Below the pieces are notes generated by a model, which was not told the DNA's origin, did not search any database, and saw only the letters and a program-made list of their open reading frames with translations. Below, one piece after another: positions 37,246 to 52,700 of a DNA stretch of 64,000 bases (positions are counted from its first letter, which is position 1; every line of letters starts with the position of its first letter). Source of the DNA: Heterodontus francisci (taxonomy: Eukaryota); contig NC_090378.1 of the NCBI RefSeq assembly GCF_036365525.1, positions 122,063,593 through 122,127,592 on the forward strand. Direction: 5' to 3'. Position numbers and translations under genes: made by a program.

Positions 37246-37431
37246 GTACAAATCTCTCTCCTTCCACGTTTAATATTTTCCTGCTGTTTATTTCAGTCCA
37301 ATTCTACTGACTTGTGATTGGAGGGAAAAGGCTGAAACATGAGGAGCGGTCACTGTCTCTAATAATATCTCATTTTACAGGGTCTTTCTGTGACAGTTCT
37401 TACTTCACTCTGTTTCTCTATTACCCCTCAG

Positions 37432-37729
37432 GTATCAGTGGAGACACCATCATGACCCAGTCTCCACCGGCACTGTCAGTGACACTGGGACAGACCGCAA
37501 CGATCACCTGTACGGCCAGCCAGTCCGTAGGCAAATATGTAGCTTGGTATCAGCAGCGAGACGGTCAGAAACCCACTCTCCTGATCTATTATGCAACAAC
37601 TCGATACACAGGAACATCCGAACGATTCACCGGCAGTCAACAGAACACCAAATTCACTCTGACAATCAGTAATGTACAGAATGAGGATGTTGCAGATTAT
37701 TACTGTCAGCAAACTTACAGCAGCCCCTA
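37432..37729 (+). CDS. IGKV: Ig kappa-type light chain V exon, germline/unrearranged, open frame ([27 protein letters not shown]...[15 protein letters not shown]...[15 protein letters not shown])
   Basis: Polypyrimidine tract and acceptor (ttacccctcag|) ending 37431, in phase with the leader. Both conserved Cys, WYQQ, LLIY, FTLTIS and DYYC are present. Kappa-like FR1 (MTQSP) and QQ..SSP CDR3 start. No stops. Followed directly by a 12-RSS, the kappa configuration. Confidence 0.96.
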
Positions 37730-37757
37730 CACAGTGAGACAGAGCCGCACAAAAACC
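37730..37757 (+). promoter_or_regulatory. Recombination signal sequence with 12-bp spacer (CACAGTG-agacagagccgc-ACAAAAACC)
   Basis: Perfect consensus heptamer 37730-37736, 12-nt spacer 37737-37748 and perfect nonamer 37749-37757, immediately 3' of the V exon. Confidence 0.97.
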
Positions 37758-37759
37758 TC

Positions 37760-40700
37760 AATACACACAGTCCCACCTCCTGCACTGACACGTCCCACAG
37801 TTATATATAATATATAATAATGGACACACAGACCCACCTCCTGTACTGACACATCCCACAGTTATATATAATATATAATAATGAACACACAGACCCACCT
37901 CCTGTCCTGACACATCCCACAGTTATATATAATATATAATAATGGACACACAGTCCCACCTCCTGCACTGACACATCCCACAGTTATATATAATATATAA
38001 TAATGGACACACAGTCCCACCTCCTGCACTGACACGTCCCACAGTTATATATAATATATAATAATGGACACACAGTCCCAACCCCTGTACTGACACGTCC
38101 CACAGTTATATATAATATATAATAATGGATACACAGTCCCAACCCCTGCACTGACACGTCCCACAGTTATATATAATATATAATAACGGACACACAGTCC
38201 CAACCCCTGCACTGACACGTCCCACAGTTATATATAATATATAATAATGGACACACAGTCCCACCTCCTGTACTGACGCATCCCACAGTTATATATAATA
38301 TATAATAATGAACACACAGACCCACCTCCTGTACTGACACATCCCACAGTTATAAATAATATATAATAATGGACACACAGTCCCACCTCCTGCACTGACA
38401 CGTCCCACAGTTATATATAATATATAATAATGGACACACAGTCCCACCTCCCGCACTGACACATCCCACAGTTATAGATAATATATAATAATGGACACAC
38501 AGTCCCACCTCCTGTGCTGACACATCCCACAGTTATATATAATATATAATAATGGACACACAGTCCCACCTCCTGTACTGACACATCCCACAATAATATA
38601 TAATATATAATAATGGACACACAGTCTCACCTCCTGTACTGACACATCCCACAGTTATATATAATATATAATAATGGACACACAGTCCCACCTCCTGTAC
38701 TGACACATCCCACAGTTATATATAATATATAATAATGGACACACAGTCCCAACCCCTGCACTGACACGTCCCACAGTTATATATAATATATAACAATGAA
38801 CACACAGTCCCAACCCCTGCACTGACACGTCCCACAGTTATATATAATATATAATAATGAACACACAGTCCCAACCCCTGCACTGACACGTCCCACAGTT
38901 ATATATAATATATAATAATGAACACACAGTCCCAACCCCTGCACTGTCATGTCCCACAGTTATATATAATATATAATAATGGACACACAGTCCCACCTCC
39001 TGTACTGACAGATCCCACAGTTATATATAATATATAATAATGGACACACAGTCCCAACCCCTGCACTGACACGTCCCACAGTTATATATAATATATAATA
39101 ATGAACACACAGTCCCAACCCCTGCACTGACACTTCCCACAGTTATATATAATATATAATAATGAACACACAGTCCCAACCCCTGCACTGACACTTCCCA
39201 CAGTTATATATAATATATAATAATGAACACACAGTCTCAACCCCTGCACTGACACGTCCCACAGTTATATATAATATATAATAATGAACACATAGTCCCA
39301 ACCCCTGCACTGACACGTCCCACAGTTATATATAATATATAATGATGGATACACAGTCCCAACCCCTGCACTGACACGTCCCACAGTTATATATAATATA
39401 TAATAACGGACACACAGTCCCAACCCCTGCACTGACACGTCCCACAGTTATATATAATATATAATAATGGACACACAGTCCCACCTCCTGTACTGACGCA
39501 TCCCACAGTTATATATAATATATAATAATGAACACACAGACCCACCTCCTGTACTGACACATCCCACAGTTATAGATAATATATAATAATGGACACACAG
39601 TCCCACCTCCCGCACTGACACATCCCACAGTTATATCTAATATGTAATAATGGACACACAGTCCCACCTCCTGTGCTGACACATCCCACAGTTATATATA
39701 ATATATAATAATGGACACACAGTCCCACCTCCTGTACTGACACATCCCACAATAATATATAATATATAATAATGGACACACAGTCCCACCTCCTGTGCTG
39801 ACACATCCCACAGTTATATATAATATATAATAATGGACACACAGTCCCACCTCCCGCACTGACACATCCCACAGTTATAGATAATATATAATAATGGACA
39901 CACAGTCCCACCTCCTGTGCTGACACATCCCACAGTTATATATAATATATAATAATGGACACACAGTCCCACCTCCTGTACTGACACATCCCACAATAAT
40001 ATATAATATATAATAATGGACACACAGTCTCACCTCCTGTACTGACACATCCCACAGTTATATATAATATATAATAATGGACACACAGTCCCACCTCCTG
40101 TACTGACACATCCCACAGTTATATATAATATATAATAATGGACACACAGTCCCAACCCCTGCACTGACACGTCCCACAGTTATATATAATATATAACAAT
40201 GAACACACAGTCCCAACCCCTGCACTGACACGTCCCACAGTTATATATAATATATAATAATGGATACACAGTCCCACCTCCTGCACTGACACGTCCCACA
40301 GTTATATATAATATATAATAATGAACACACAGTCCCAACCCCTGTACTGACACGTCCCACAGTTATATATAATATATAATAATGAACACACAGTCCCAAC
40401 CCCTGCACTGACACGTCCCACAGTTATATATCATATATAATAATGAACACACAGTCCCAACCCCTGCACTGACACGTCCCACAGTTATATATAATATATA
40501 ATAATGAACACACAGTCCCAACCCCTGCACTGACACGTCCCACAGTTATATATAATATATAATAATGGATACACAGTCCCACCTCCTGCACTGACGCATC
40601 CCACTGTTATATATAATATATAATAATCGACACACTGTCCCACCTCCTGCACTGACAGATCCCACAGTTATATATAATATATAATAATGGACACACAGTC

Positions 40701-43700
40701 CCACCTCCCGCACTGACACATCCCACAGTTATATATAATATATAATAATGAACACACAGTCCCAACCCCTGCACTGACACGTCCCACAGTTATATATAAT
40801 ATATAATAATGGACACACAGTCCCACCTCCCGCACTGACACATCCCACAGTTATATATAATATATAATAATGAACACACAGTCCAAACCCCTGCACTGAC
40901 ACGTCCCACAGTTATATATAATATATAATAATGGAAACACAGTCCCACCTCCCGCACTGACACATCCCACAGTTATATATAATATATAATAATGAACACA
41001 CAGTCCCAACCCCTGCACTGACACGTCCCACAGTTATATATAATACATATTAATGAACACACAGTCCCACCTGCTGTACTGACGCATCCCACAGTTATAT
41101 ATAATATATAATAATCGACACACAGTCCCACCTCCTGTACTGACACATCCCACAGTTATATATAATATATAATAATGAACACACAGTCCCACCTCCTGTA
41201 CTGACACATCCCACAGTTATATATAATATATAATAATCGACACACAGTCCCACCTCCTGTACTGACACATCCCACAGTTATATATAATATATAATAATCG
41301 ACACACAGTCCCACCTCCTGTACTGACACATCCCACAGTTATATATAATATATAATAATGGATACACAGTCCCACCTCCTGCACTGACGCATCCCACAGT
41401 TATACATAATATAAAATAATCGACACACAGTCCCACCTCCTGTACTGACACATCCCACAGTTATATATAATATATAATAATGAACACACAGTCCCACCTC
41501 CTGTACTGACACATCCCACAGTTATATATAATATATAATAATGAACACACAGTCCCAACCCCTGCACTGACACGTCCCACAGTTATATATCATATATAAT
41601 AATGAACACACAGTCCCAACCCCTGCACTGACACGTCCCACAGTTATATATAATATATAATAATGAACACACAGTCCCAACCCCTGCACTGACACGTCCC
41701 ACAGTTATATATAATATATAATAATGAACACACAGTCCCAACCCCTGCACTGACACGTCCCACAGTTATATATAATATATAATATTGGACACACAGTCCC
41801 ACCTCCTGCACTGACGCATCCCACAGTTATATATAATATATAATAATCGACACACTGTCCCACCTCCTGCACTGACACATCCCACAGTTATATATAATAT
41901 ATAATAATGGACACACAGTCCCACCTCCCGCACTGACACATCCCACAGTTATATATAATATATAATAATGAACACACAGTCCCACCTCCCGCACTGACAC
42001 GTCCCACAGTTATATATAATACATATTAATGAACACACAGTCCCACCTGCTGTACTGACGCATCCCACAGTTATATATAATATATAATAATGAACACACA
42101 GTCCCACCTCCTGTACTGACACATCCCACAGTTATATATAATATATAATAATCGACACACAGTCCCACCTCCTGTACTGACACATCCCACTGTTATATAT
42201 AATATATAATAATGGACACACAGTCCCACCTCCCGCACTGACACATCCCACAGTTATATATAATATATAATAATTGACACACAGTCCCACCTCCGGTACT
42301 GACAAATCCCACAGTTATATACAATATATAATAATGGACACACAGTCCCACCTCCTGTACTGACACCTCCCACAGTTATATATAATATATGATAATGGAC
42401 ACACAGTCCCACCACCTGCAATGACACATCCCACAGTTATATATAATATATAATAATGGACACACAGTCCCACCACCTGCAATGAAACATCCCACAGTTA
42501 TATATAATATATAATAATGGACACACAGTCCCACCTCCTGTACTGACACATCACACAGTTATATATAATATATAATAATGGACACACAGTCCCACCTCCT
42601 GTACTGACACGTCCCACAGTTATATATAATATATAATAATGGACACACAGTCCCACCTCCTGTACTGACACATCCCACAGTTATATATAATATATAATAA
42701 TGGACACACAGTCCCACCTCCTGCACTGACACATCCCACAGTTATATATAATAAATAAAAATGGACACACAGTCCCACCTCCTGGACTGACACATCCCAC
42801 AGTTATATATAATGTATAATAATTGACACACAGTCCCACCTCCGGTACTGACAAATCCCACAGTTATTTACAATATATAATAATGGACACACAGTCCCAC
42901 CTCCTGCACTGACACATCCCACAGTTATATATAATATATAATAATTGACACACAGTCCCACCTCCGGTACTGACAAATCCCACAGTTATATACAATATAT
43001 AATAATGGACACACAGTCCCACCTCCTGCACTGACACATCCCACAGTTATATATAATATATGATAATGGACACACAGTCCCACCACCTGCAATGACACAT
43101 CCCACATTTATATATAATATATAATAATGGACACACAGTCCCACCTCCTGTACTGACACATCCCACAGTTATATATAATATATGATAATGGACACACAGT
43201 CCCACCACCTGCAATGACATATCCCACAGTTATATATAATATATAACAATGGACACACAGTCCCACCTCCTGTACTGACACATCCCACAGTTTTTTATAA
43301 TATATGATAATGGACACACAGTCCCACCACCTGCAATGACACATGCCACATTTATATATAATTTATAATAATGGACACACAGTCCCACCTCCGGTACTGA
43401 CACATCCCACAGTTATATATAAAAATAATAATGGAGACACAGTCCCACCTCCTGTAGTGACATGTCCGACAGTTATATAGAATATATAACAATGGACACA
43501 CAGTCCAAACTCCGGTACTCACACGTCCCACAATAATATATAACATATACTCATGGACACACAGTCCCTCTACTGTACTAACACATCCCACAGTTATATA
43601 TAATATATAATAATGGACACACAGTCCCACCTCCGGTACTGACACATCCCACAGTTATATATAAAAATAATAATGGACACACAGTCCCACCTCCTGTACT

Positions 43701-46700
43701 GACACATCCCACAGTTATATATAAAAATAATAATGGACACACAGTCCCACCTCCTGTACTGACACATCTCACAGTTATATATAATATATAATAATGGACA
43801 CACAGTCCCACCTCCTGCACCGACACGTCCCACAGTTATATATAATATATAATAATGGAGACACAGTCCCACCTCCTGTAGTGACATGTCCGACAGTTAT
43901 ATAGAATATATAACAATGGACACACAGTCCAAACTCCGGTACTGACACGTCCCACAATAATATATAACATATACTGATGGACACACAGTCCCACCTACTG
44001 TACTAACACATCCCACAGTTATATATAATATATAATAATGGACACACAGTCCCACCTCCGGTACTGACACATCCCACAGTTATATATAAAAATAATAATG
44101 GACACACAGTCCCACCTCCTGTACTGACACATCCCACAGTTATATATAAAAATAATAATGGACACACAGTCCCACCTCCTGTACGGATACATCCCACATT
44201 TATATATAATATATAATAATGGACACACAGTCCCACCTCCTGTACGGATACATCCCACATTTATATATAATATATAATAATGGACACACAGTCCCACCTC
44301 CTGTACGGATACATCCCAGAGTTATATATAATATATAATAATGGACACACAGTCCCACCTCCTGGACTGACACATCCCAGAGTTATATATAATATATAAT
44401 AATGGACACACAGTCCCACCTCCTGGACTGACACATCCCAGAGTTATATATAATATATAATAATGGACACACAGTCCCACCTCCTGTACTGTCACATCCC
44501 ACAGTTATATCTAATATGTAATAATCGACACACAGTCCCACCTCCTGCACTGACACATCCCACAGTTATATATAATATATAATAATGGACACACAGTCCC
44601 ACCTCCTGGACTGACACATCCCAGAGTTATATATAATATATAATAATGGACACACAGTCCCACCTCCTGGACTGACACATCCCAGAGTTATATATAATAT
44701 ATAATAATCGACACACAGTCCCACCTCCTGTACTGACACATCCCAGAGTTATATATAATATATAATAATGGACACACAGTCCCACCTCCTGGACTGACAC
44801 ATCCCAGAGTTATATATAATATATAATAATGGACACACAGTCCCACCTCCTGGACTGACACAACCCAGAGTTATATATAATATATAATAATGGACACACA
44901 GTCCCACCTCCTGTACTGTCACATCCCACAGTTATATCTAATATGTAATAATCGACACACAGTCCCACCTCCTGCACTGACACATCCCACAGTTATATAT
45001 AATATATAATAATGGACACACAGTCCCACCTCCTGGACTGACACATCCCAGAGTTATATATAATATATAATAATGGACACACAGTCCCACCTCCTGTACT
45101 GTCACATCCCACAGTTATATCTAATATGTAATAGTCGACACACAGTCCCACCTCCTGCACTGACACATCCCACAGTTATATATAATTTATAATAATCGAC
45201 ACACAGTCCCACCTCCTGTACTGTCACATCCCACAGTTATATTTAATATGTAATAATCGACACACAGTCCCACCTCCTGCACTGACACATCCCACAGTTA
45301 TATATAATATATAATAATGGACACACAATCCCACCTCCTGGACTGTCACATCCCACAGTTATATCTAATATGTAATAATCGACACACAGTCCGACCTCCT
45401 GTACTGACACATCCCAGAGTTATATATAATATATAATAATGGACACACAATCCCACCTCCTGGACTGTCACATCCCACAGTTATATATAATATATAATAA
45501 TGGACACACAGTCCCACCTCCTGTACTGACACATCCCACAGTTATATATAATATATAATAATGGACACACAGTCCCACCTCCTGGACTGTCACATCCCAC
45601 AGTTATATCTAATATGTAATAATCGACACACAGTCCCACCTCCTGCACTGACACATCCCACAGTTATATATAATATATAATAATGGACACACAATCCCAC
45701 CTCCTGGACTGTCACATCCCACAGTTATATCTAATATGTAATAATCGACACACAGTCCCACCTCCTGCACTGACACATCCCACAGTTATATATAATATAT
45801 AATAATGGACACACAGTCCCACCTCCTGGACTGTCACATCCCACAGTTATATCTAATATGTAATAATCGACACACAGTCCCACCTCCTGCACTGACACAT
45901 CCCACAGTTATATATAATATATAATAATGGACACACAATCCCACCTCCTGGACTGTCACATCCCACAGTTATATATAATATATAATAATGGACACACAGT
46001 CCCACCTCCTGTACTGACACATCCCACAGTTATATATAATATATAATAATGGACACACAGTCCCACCTCCTGGACTGTCACATCCCACAGTTATATCTAA
46101 TATGTAATAATCGACACACAGTCCCACCTCCTGCACTGACACATCCCACAGTTATATATAATATATAATAATGGACACACAATCCCACCTCCTGGACTGT
46201 CACATCCCACAGTTATATCTAATATGTAATAATCGACACACAGTCCCACCTCCTGCACTGACACATCCCACAGTTATATATAATATACAATAATGGACAC
46301 ACAGTCCCACCTCCTGGACTGACACATCCCAGAGTTATATATAATATATAATAATGGACACGCAGTCCCACCTCCTGGACTGTCACATCCCACAGTTATA
46401 TCTAATATGTAATAATCGACACACAGTCCCACCTCCTGCACTGACACATCCCACAGTTATATATAATATATAATAATGGACACACAGTCCCACCTCCTGG
46501 ACTGACACATCCCACAGTTATATCTAATATGTAATAATCGACACACAGTCCCACCTCCTGGACTGACACATCCCACAGTTATATATAATATATAATAATG
46601 AACACACAGTCCCACCTCCTGCACTGACACATCCCACAGTTATATATAATATATAATAATGGACACACAGTCCCACCTCCTGGACTGTCACATCCCACAG

Positions 46701-49700
46701 TTATATCTAATATGTAATAATCGACACACAGTCCCACCTCCTGTACTGACACATCCCAGGATTATATATAATAAATAATAATGGACACACAGTCCCACCT
46801 CCTGGACTGACACATCCCAGAGTTATTTATAATATATAATAATGGACACACAGTCCCACCTCCTGTACTGACACATCCCGGAGTTATATATAATATATAA
46901 TAATGGACACACATTCCCACCTCCTGGACTGACACATCCCAGAGTTATATATAATATATAATAATGGACACGCAGTCCCACCTCCTGCACTGACACATCC
47001 CACAGTTATATATAATATATAATAATGGACACACAATCCCACCTCCTGGACTGACACATCCCACAGTTATATCTAATATGTAATAATCGACACACAGTCC
47101 CACCTCCTGGACTGACACATCCCACAGTTATATATAAAAATAATAATGGACACACAGTCCCACCTGCTGGACTGACACATCCCACAGTTATATATAATAT
47201 ATAATAATGGACACACAGTCCCACCTCCTGGACTGACACATCCCACAGTTATATATAATATATAATAATGGACACACAGTCCCACCTCCTGGACTGACAC
47301 ATCCCACAGTTATATATAATATATAATAATGGACACACAGTCCCACCTCCTGGACTGACACATCCCACAGTTATATATAATATATAATAATGGACACACA
47401 GTCCCACCTCCTGGACTGACACATCCCACAGTTATATATAATATATAATAATGGACACACAGTCCCACCTCCTGGACTGACACATCCCACAGTTATATAT
47501 AATATATAATAATGGACACACAGTCCCACCTCCTGGACTGACACGTCCCACAGTTATATATAATATAATAATAATGGACACACAGTCCCACCTCCTGGAC
47601 TGACACATCCCACAGTTATATATAAAAATAATAATGGACACACAGTCCCACCTCCTGTACTGACACATCTCACAGTTATATATAATATGTAATAATCGAC
47701 ACACAGTCCCACCTCCTGCACTGACACATCCCACAGTTATATATAATATATAATAATGGACACACAGTCCCACCTCCTGCACTGACACATCCCACAGTTA
47801 TATCTAATATGTAATAATCGACACACAGTCCCACCTCCTGCACTGACACATCCCACAGTTATATATAATATATAATAATGGACACACAGTCCCACCTCCT
47901 GGACTGACACATCCCAGAGTTATATATAATATATAATAATGGACACACAGTCCCACCTCCTGCACTGACACATCCCACAGTTATATCTAATATGTAATAA
48001 TCGACACACAGTCCCACCTCCTGTACTGACACATCCCAGAGTTATATATAATATATAATAATGGACACACAGTCCCACCTCCTGGACTGACACATCCCAG
48101 AGTTATATATAATATATAATAATGGACACACAGTCCCACCTCCTGGACTGACACATCCCACAGTTGTATATAATATATAATAATGGACACACAGTCCCAC
48201 CTCCTGGACTGACACATCCCAGAGTTATATATAATATATAATAATGGACACACAGTCCCACCTCCTGGACTGACACATCCCAGAGTTATATATAATATAT
48301 AATAATGGACACACAGTCCCACCTCCTGGACTGACACATCCCAGAGTTATATATAACATATAATAATCGACACACAGTCCCACCTCCTGTACTGACACAT
48401 CCCACAGTTATATATAATATATAATAATGGACACACAGTCCCACCTCCTGGACTGTCACATCCCACAGTTATATCTAATATGTAATAATCGACACACAGT
48501 CCCACCTCCTGTACTGACACATCCCAGGATTATATATAATAAATAATAATGGACACACAGTCCCACCTCCTGGACTGACACATCCCAGAGTTATTTATAA
48601 TATATAATAATGGACACACAGTCCCACCTCCTGTACTGACACATCCCGGAGTTATATATAATATATAATAATGGACACACATTCCCACCTCCTGCACTGA
48701 CACATCCCCGGATTATATATAATAAATAATAATGGACACACAGTCCCACCTCCTGTACTGACACATCCCAGGATTATATATAATAAATAATAATGGACAC
48801 ACAGTCCCACCTCCTGGACTGACACATCCCAGAGTTATATATAATATATAATAATGGACACGCAGTCCCACCTCCTGCACTGACACATCCCACAGTTATA
48901 TATAATATATAATAATGGACACACAGTCCCACCTCCTGGACTGACACATCCCAGAGTTATATATAATATATAATAATGGACACGCAGTCCCACCTCCTGC
49001 ACTGACACATCCCACAGTTATATATAATATATAATAATGGACACACAGTCCCACCTCCTGGACTGACACATCCCACAGTTATATCTAATATGTAATAATG
49101 GACACACAGTCCCACCTCCTGGACTGACACATCCCACAGTTATATCTAATATGTAATAATCGACACACAGTCCCACCTCCTGGACTGACACATCCCACAG
49201 TTATATGTAAAAATAATAATGGACACACAGTCCCACCTCCTGGACTGACACATCCCACAGTTATATATAATATATAATAATGGACACACAGTCCCACCTC
49301 CTGTACTGTCACATCCCACAGTTATATCTAATATGTAATAATCGACACACAGTCCCACCTCCTGGACTGACACATCCCACAGTTATATATAAAAATAATA
49401 ATGGACACACAGTCCCACCTCCTGGACTGACACATCCCACAGTTATATATAATATATAATAATGGACACACAGTCCCACCTCCTGGACTGACACATCCCA
49501 CAGTTATATATAATATATAATAATGGACACACAGTCCCACCTCCTGCACTGACACATCCCACAGTTATATATAATATATAATAATGGACACACAGTCCCA
49601 CCTCCTGGACTGACACATCCCACAGTTATATATAATATAATAATAATGGACACACAGTCCCACCTCCTGGACTGACACATCCCACAGTTATATATAAAAA

Positions 49701-52700
49701 TAATAATGGACACACAGTCCCACCTCCTGTACTGACACATCTCACAGTTATATATAATATGTAATAATCGACACACAGTCCCACCTCCTGCACTGACACA
49801 TCCCACAGTTATATATAATATATAATAATGGACACACAGTCCCACCTCCTGCACTGACACATCCCAGAGTTATATATAATATATAATAATGGACACACAG
49901 TCCCACCTCCTGCACTGACACATCCCACAGTTATATCTAATATGTAATAATCGACACACAGTCCCACCTCCTGTACTGACACATCCCAGAGTTATATATA
50001 ATATATAATAATGGACACACAGTCCCACCTCCTGGACTGACACATCCCAGAGTTATATATAATATATAATAATGGACACACAGTCCCACCTCCTGGACTG
50101 ACACATCCCAGAGTTATATATAATATATAATAATGGACACACAGTCCCACCTCCTGTACTGTCACATCCCACAGTTAAATATAATATATAATAATGGACA
50201 CACAGTCCCACCTCCTGGACTGACACATCCCACAGTTATATATAATATATAATAATGGACACACAGTCCCACCTCCTGGACTGACACATCCCAGAGTTAT
50301 ATATAATATATAATAATGGACACACAGTCCCACCTCCTGGACTGACACATCCCAGAGTTATATATAACATATAATAATCGACACACAGTCCCACCTCCTG
50401 TACTGACACATCCCAGAGTTATATATAATATATAATAATGGATACACAGTCCCACCTCCTGGACTGACACATCCCACAGTTATATATAATATATAATAAT
50501 GGACACACAGTCCCACCTCCTGTACTGTCACATCCCACAGTTATATCTAATATGTAATAATCGACACACAGTCCCACCTCCTGCACTGACACATCCCACA
50601 GTTATATATAATATATAATAATGGACACACAGTCCCACCTCCTGGACTGACACATCCCAGAGTTATATATAATATATAATAATGGACACACAGTCCCACC
50701 TCCTGTACTGTCACATCCCACAGTTATATCTAATATGTAATAATCGACACACAGTCCCACCTCCTGCACTGACACATCCCACAGTTATATATAATTTATA
50801 ATAATCGACACACAGTCCCACCTCCTGTACTGTCACATCCCACAGTTATATCTAATATGTAATAATCGACACACAGTCCCACCTCCTGCACTGACACATC
50901 CCACAGTTATATATAATATATAATAATGGACACACAATCCCACCTCCTGGACTGTCACATCCCACAGTTATATCTAATATGTAATAATCGACACACAGTC
51001 CCACCTCCTGTACTGACACATCCCAGAGTTATATATAATATATAATAATGGACACGCAGTCCCACCTCCTGCACTGACACATCCCACAGTTATATATAAT
51101 ATATAATAATGGACACACAGTCCCACCTCCTGGACTGACACATCCCAGAGTTATATATAATATATAATAATGGACACGCAGTCCCACCTCCTGCACTGAC
51201 ACATCCCACAGTTTTATATAATATATAATAATGGACACACAGTCCCACCTCCTGGACTGTCACATCCCACAGTTATATCTAATATGTAATAATCGACACA
51301 CAGTCCCACCTCCTGGACTGACACATCCCAGAGTTATTTATAATATATAATAATGGACACACAGTTCCACCTCCTGTACTGTCACATCCCACAGTTATAT
51401 CTAATATGTAATAATCGACACACAGTCCCACCTCCTGTACTGACACATCCCAGAGTTATATATAATATATAATAATGGACACACAGTCCCACCTCCTGGA
51501 CTGACACATCCCACAGTTATATATAATATATAATAATGGACACACAATCCCACCTCCTGGACTGACACATCCCACAGTTATATCTAATATGTAATAATCG
51601 ACACACAGTCCCACCTCCTGGACTGACACATCCCACAGTTATATATAAAAATAATAATGGACACACAGTCCCACCTCCTGGACTGACACATCCCACAGTT
51701 ATATATAATATATAATAATGGACACACAGTCCCACCTCCTGTACTGTCACATCCCACAGTTATATCTAATATGTAATAATCGACACACAGTCCCACCTCC
51801 TGGACTGACACATCCCACAGTTATATATAAAAATAATAATGGACACACAGTCCCACCTCCTGGACTGACACATCCCACAGTTATATATAATATATAATAA
51901 TGGACACACAGTCCCACCTCCTGGACTGACACATCCCACAGTTATATATAATATATAATAATGGACACACAGTCCCACCTCCTGGACTGACACATCCCAC
52001 AGTTATATATAATCTGTAATAATGGACACACAGTCCCACCTCCTGGACTGACACATCCCACAGTTATATATAATATAATAATAATGGACACACAGTCCCA
52101 CCTCCTGGACTGACACATCCCACAGTTATATATAAAAATAATAATCGACACACAGTCCCACCTCCTGCACTGACACATCCCACAGTTATATATAATATAT
52201 AATAATGGATACACAGTCCCACCTCCTGGACTGACACATCCCACAGTTATATATAAAAATAATAATGGACACACAGTCCCACCTCCTGGACTGACACATC
52301 CCACGGTTATATATAATATATAATAATGGAAACACAGTCCCACCTCCTGCACTGACACATCCCACAGTTATATATAATATATAATAATGGACACACAGTC
52401 CCACCTCCTGGACTGACACATCCCACAGTTATATATAAAAATAATAATGGACACACAGTCCCACCTCCTGGACTGACACATCCCACAGTTATATATAATA
52501 TATAATAATGGAAACACAGTCCCACCTCCTGCACTGACACATCCCACAGTTATATATAATATATAATAATGGACACACAGTCCCACCTCCTGGACTGACA
52601 CATCCCACAGTTATATATAAAAATAATAATGGACACACAGTCCCGCCTCCTGGACTGACACATCCCACAGTTATATATAATATATAATAATGGACACACA

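Noticed and set aside
36263-37251. Leu/Ser-rich, transmembrane-looking ORFs on the minus strand
   Set aside because: Translations of the CT/GA low-complexity tract and the antisense of the leader exon.
37314-37817. 167-aa ORF as a single-exon gene
   Set aside because: The N-terminus is intron read-through and the C-terminus is RSS/satellite. The real structure is leader 37197-37245 plus V 37432-37729.
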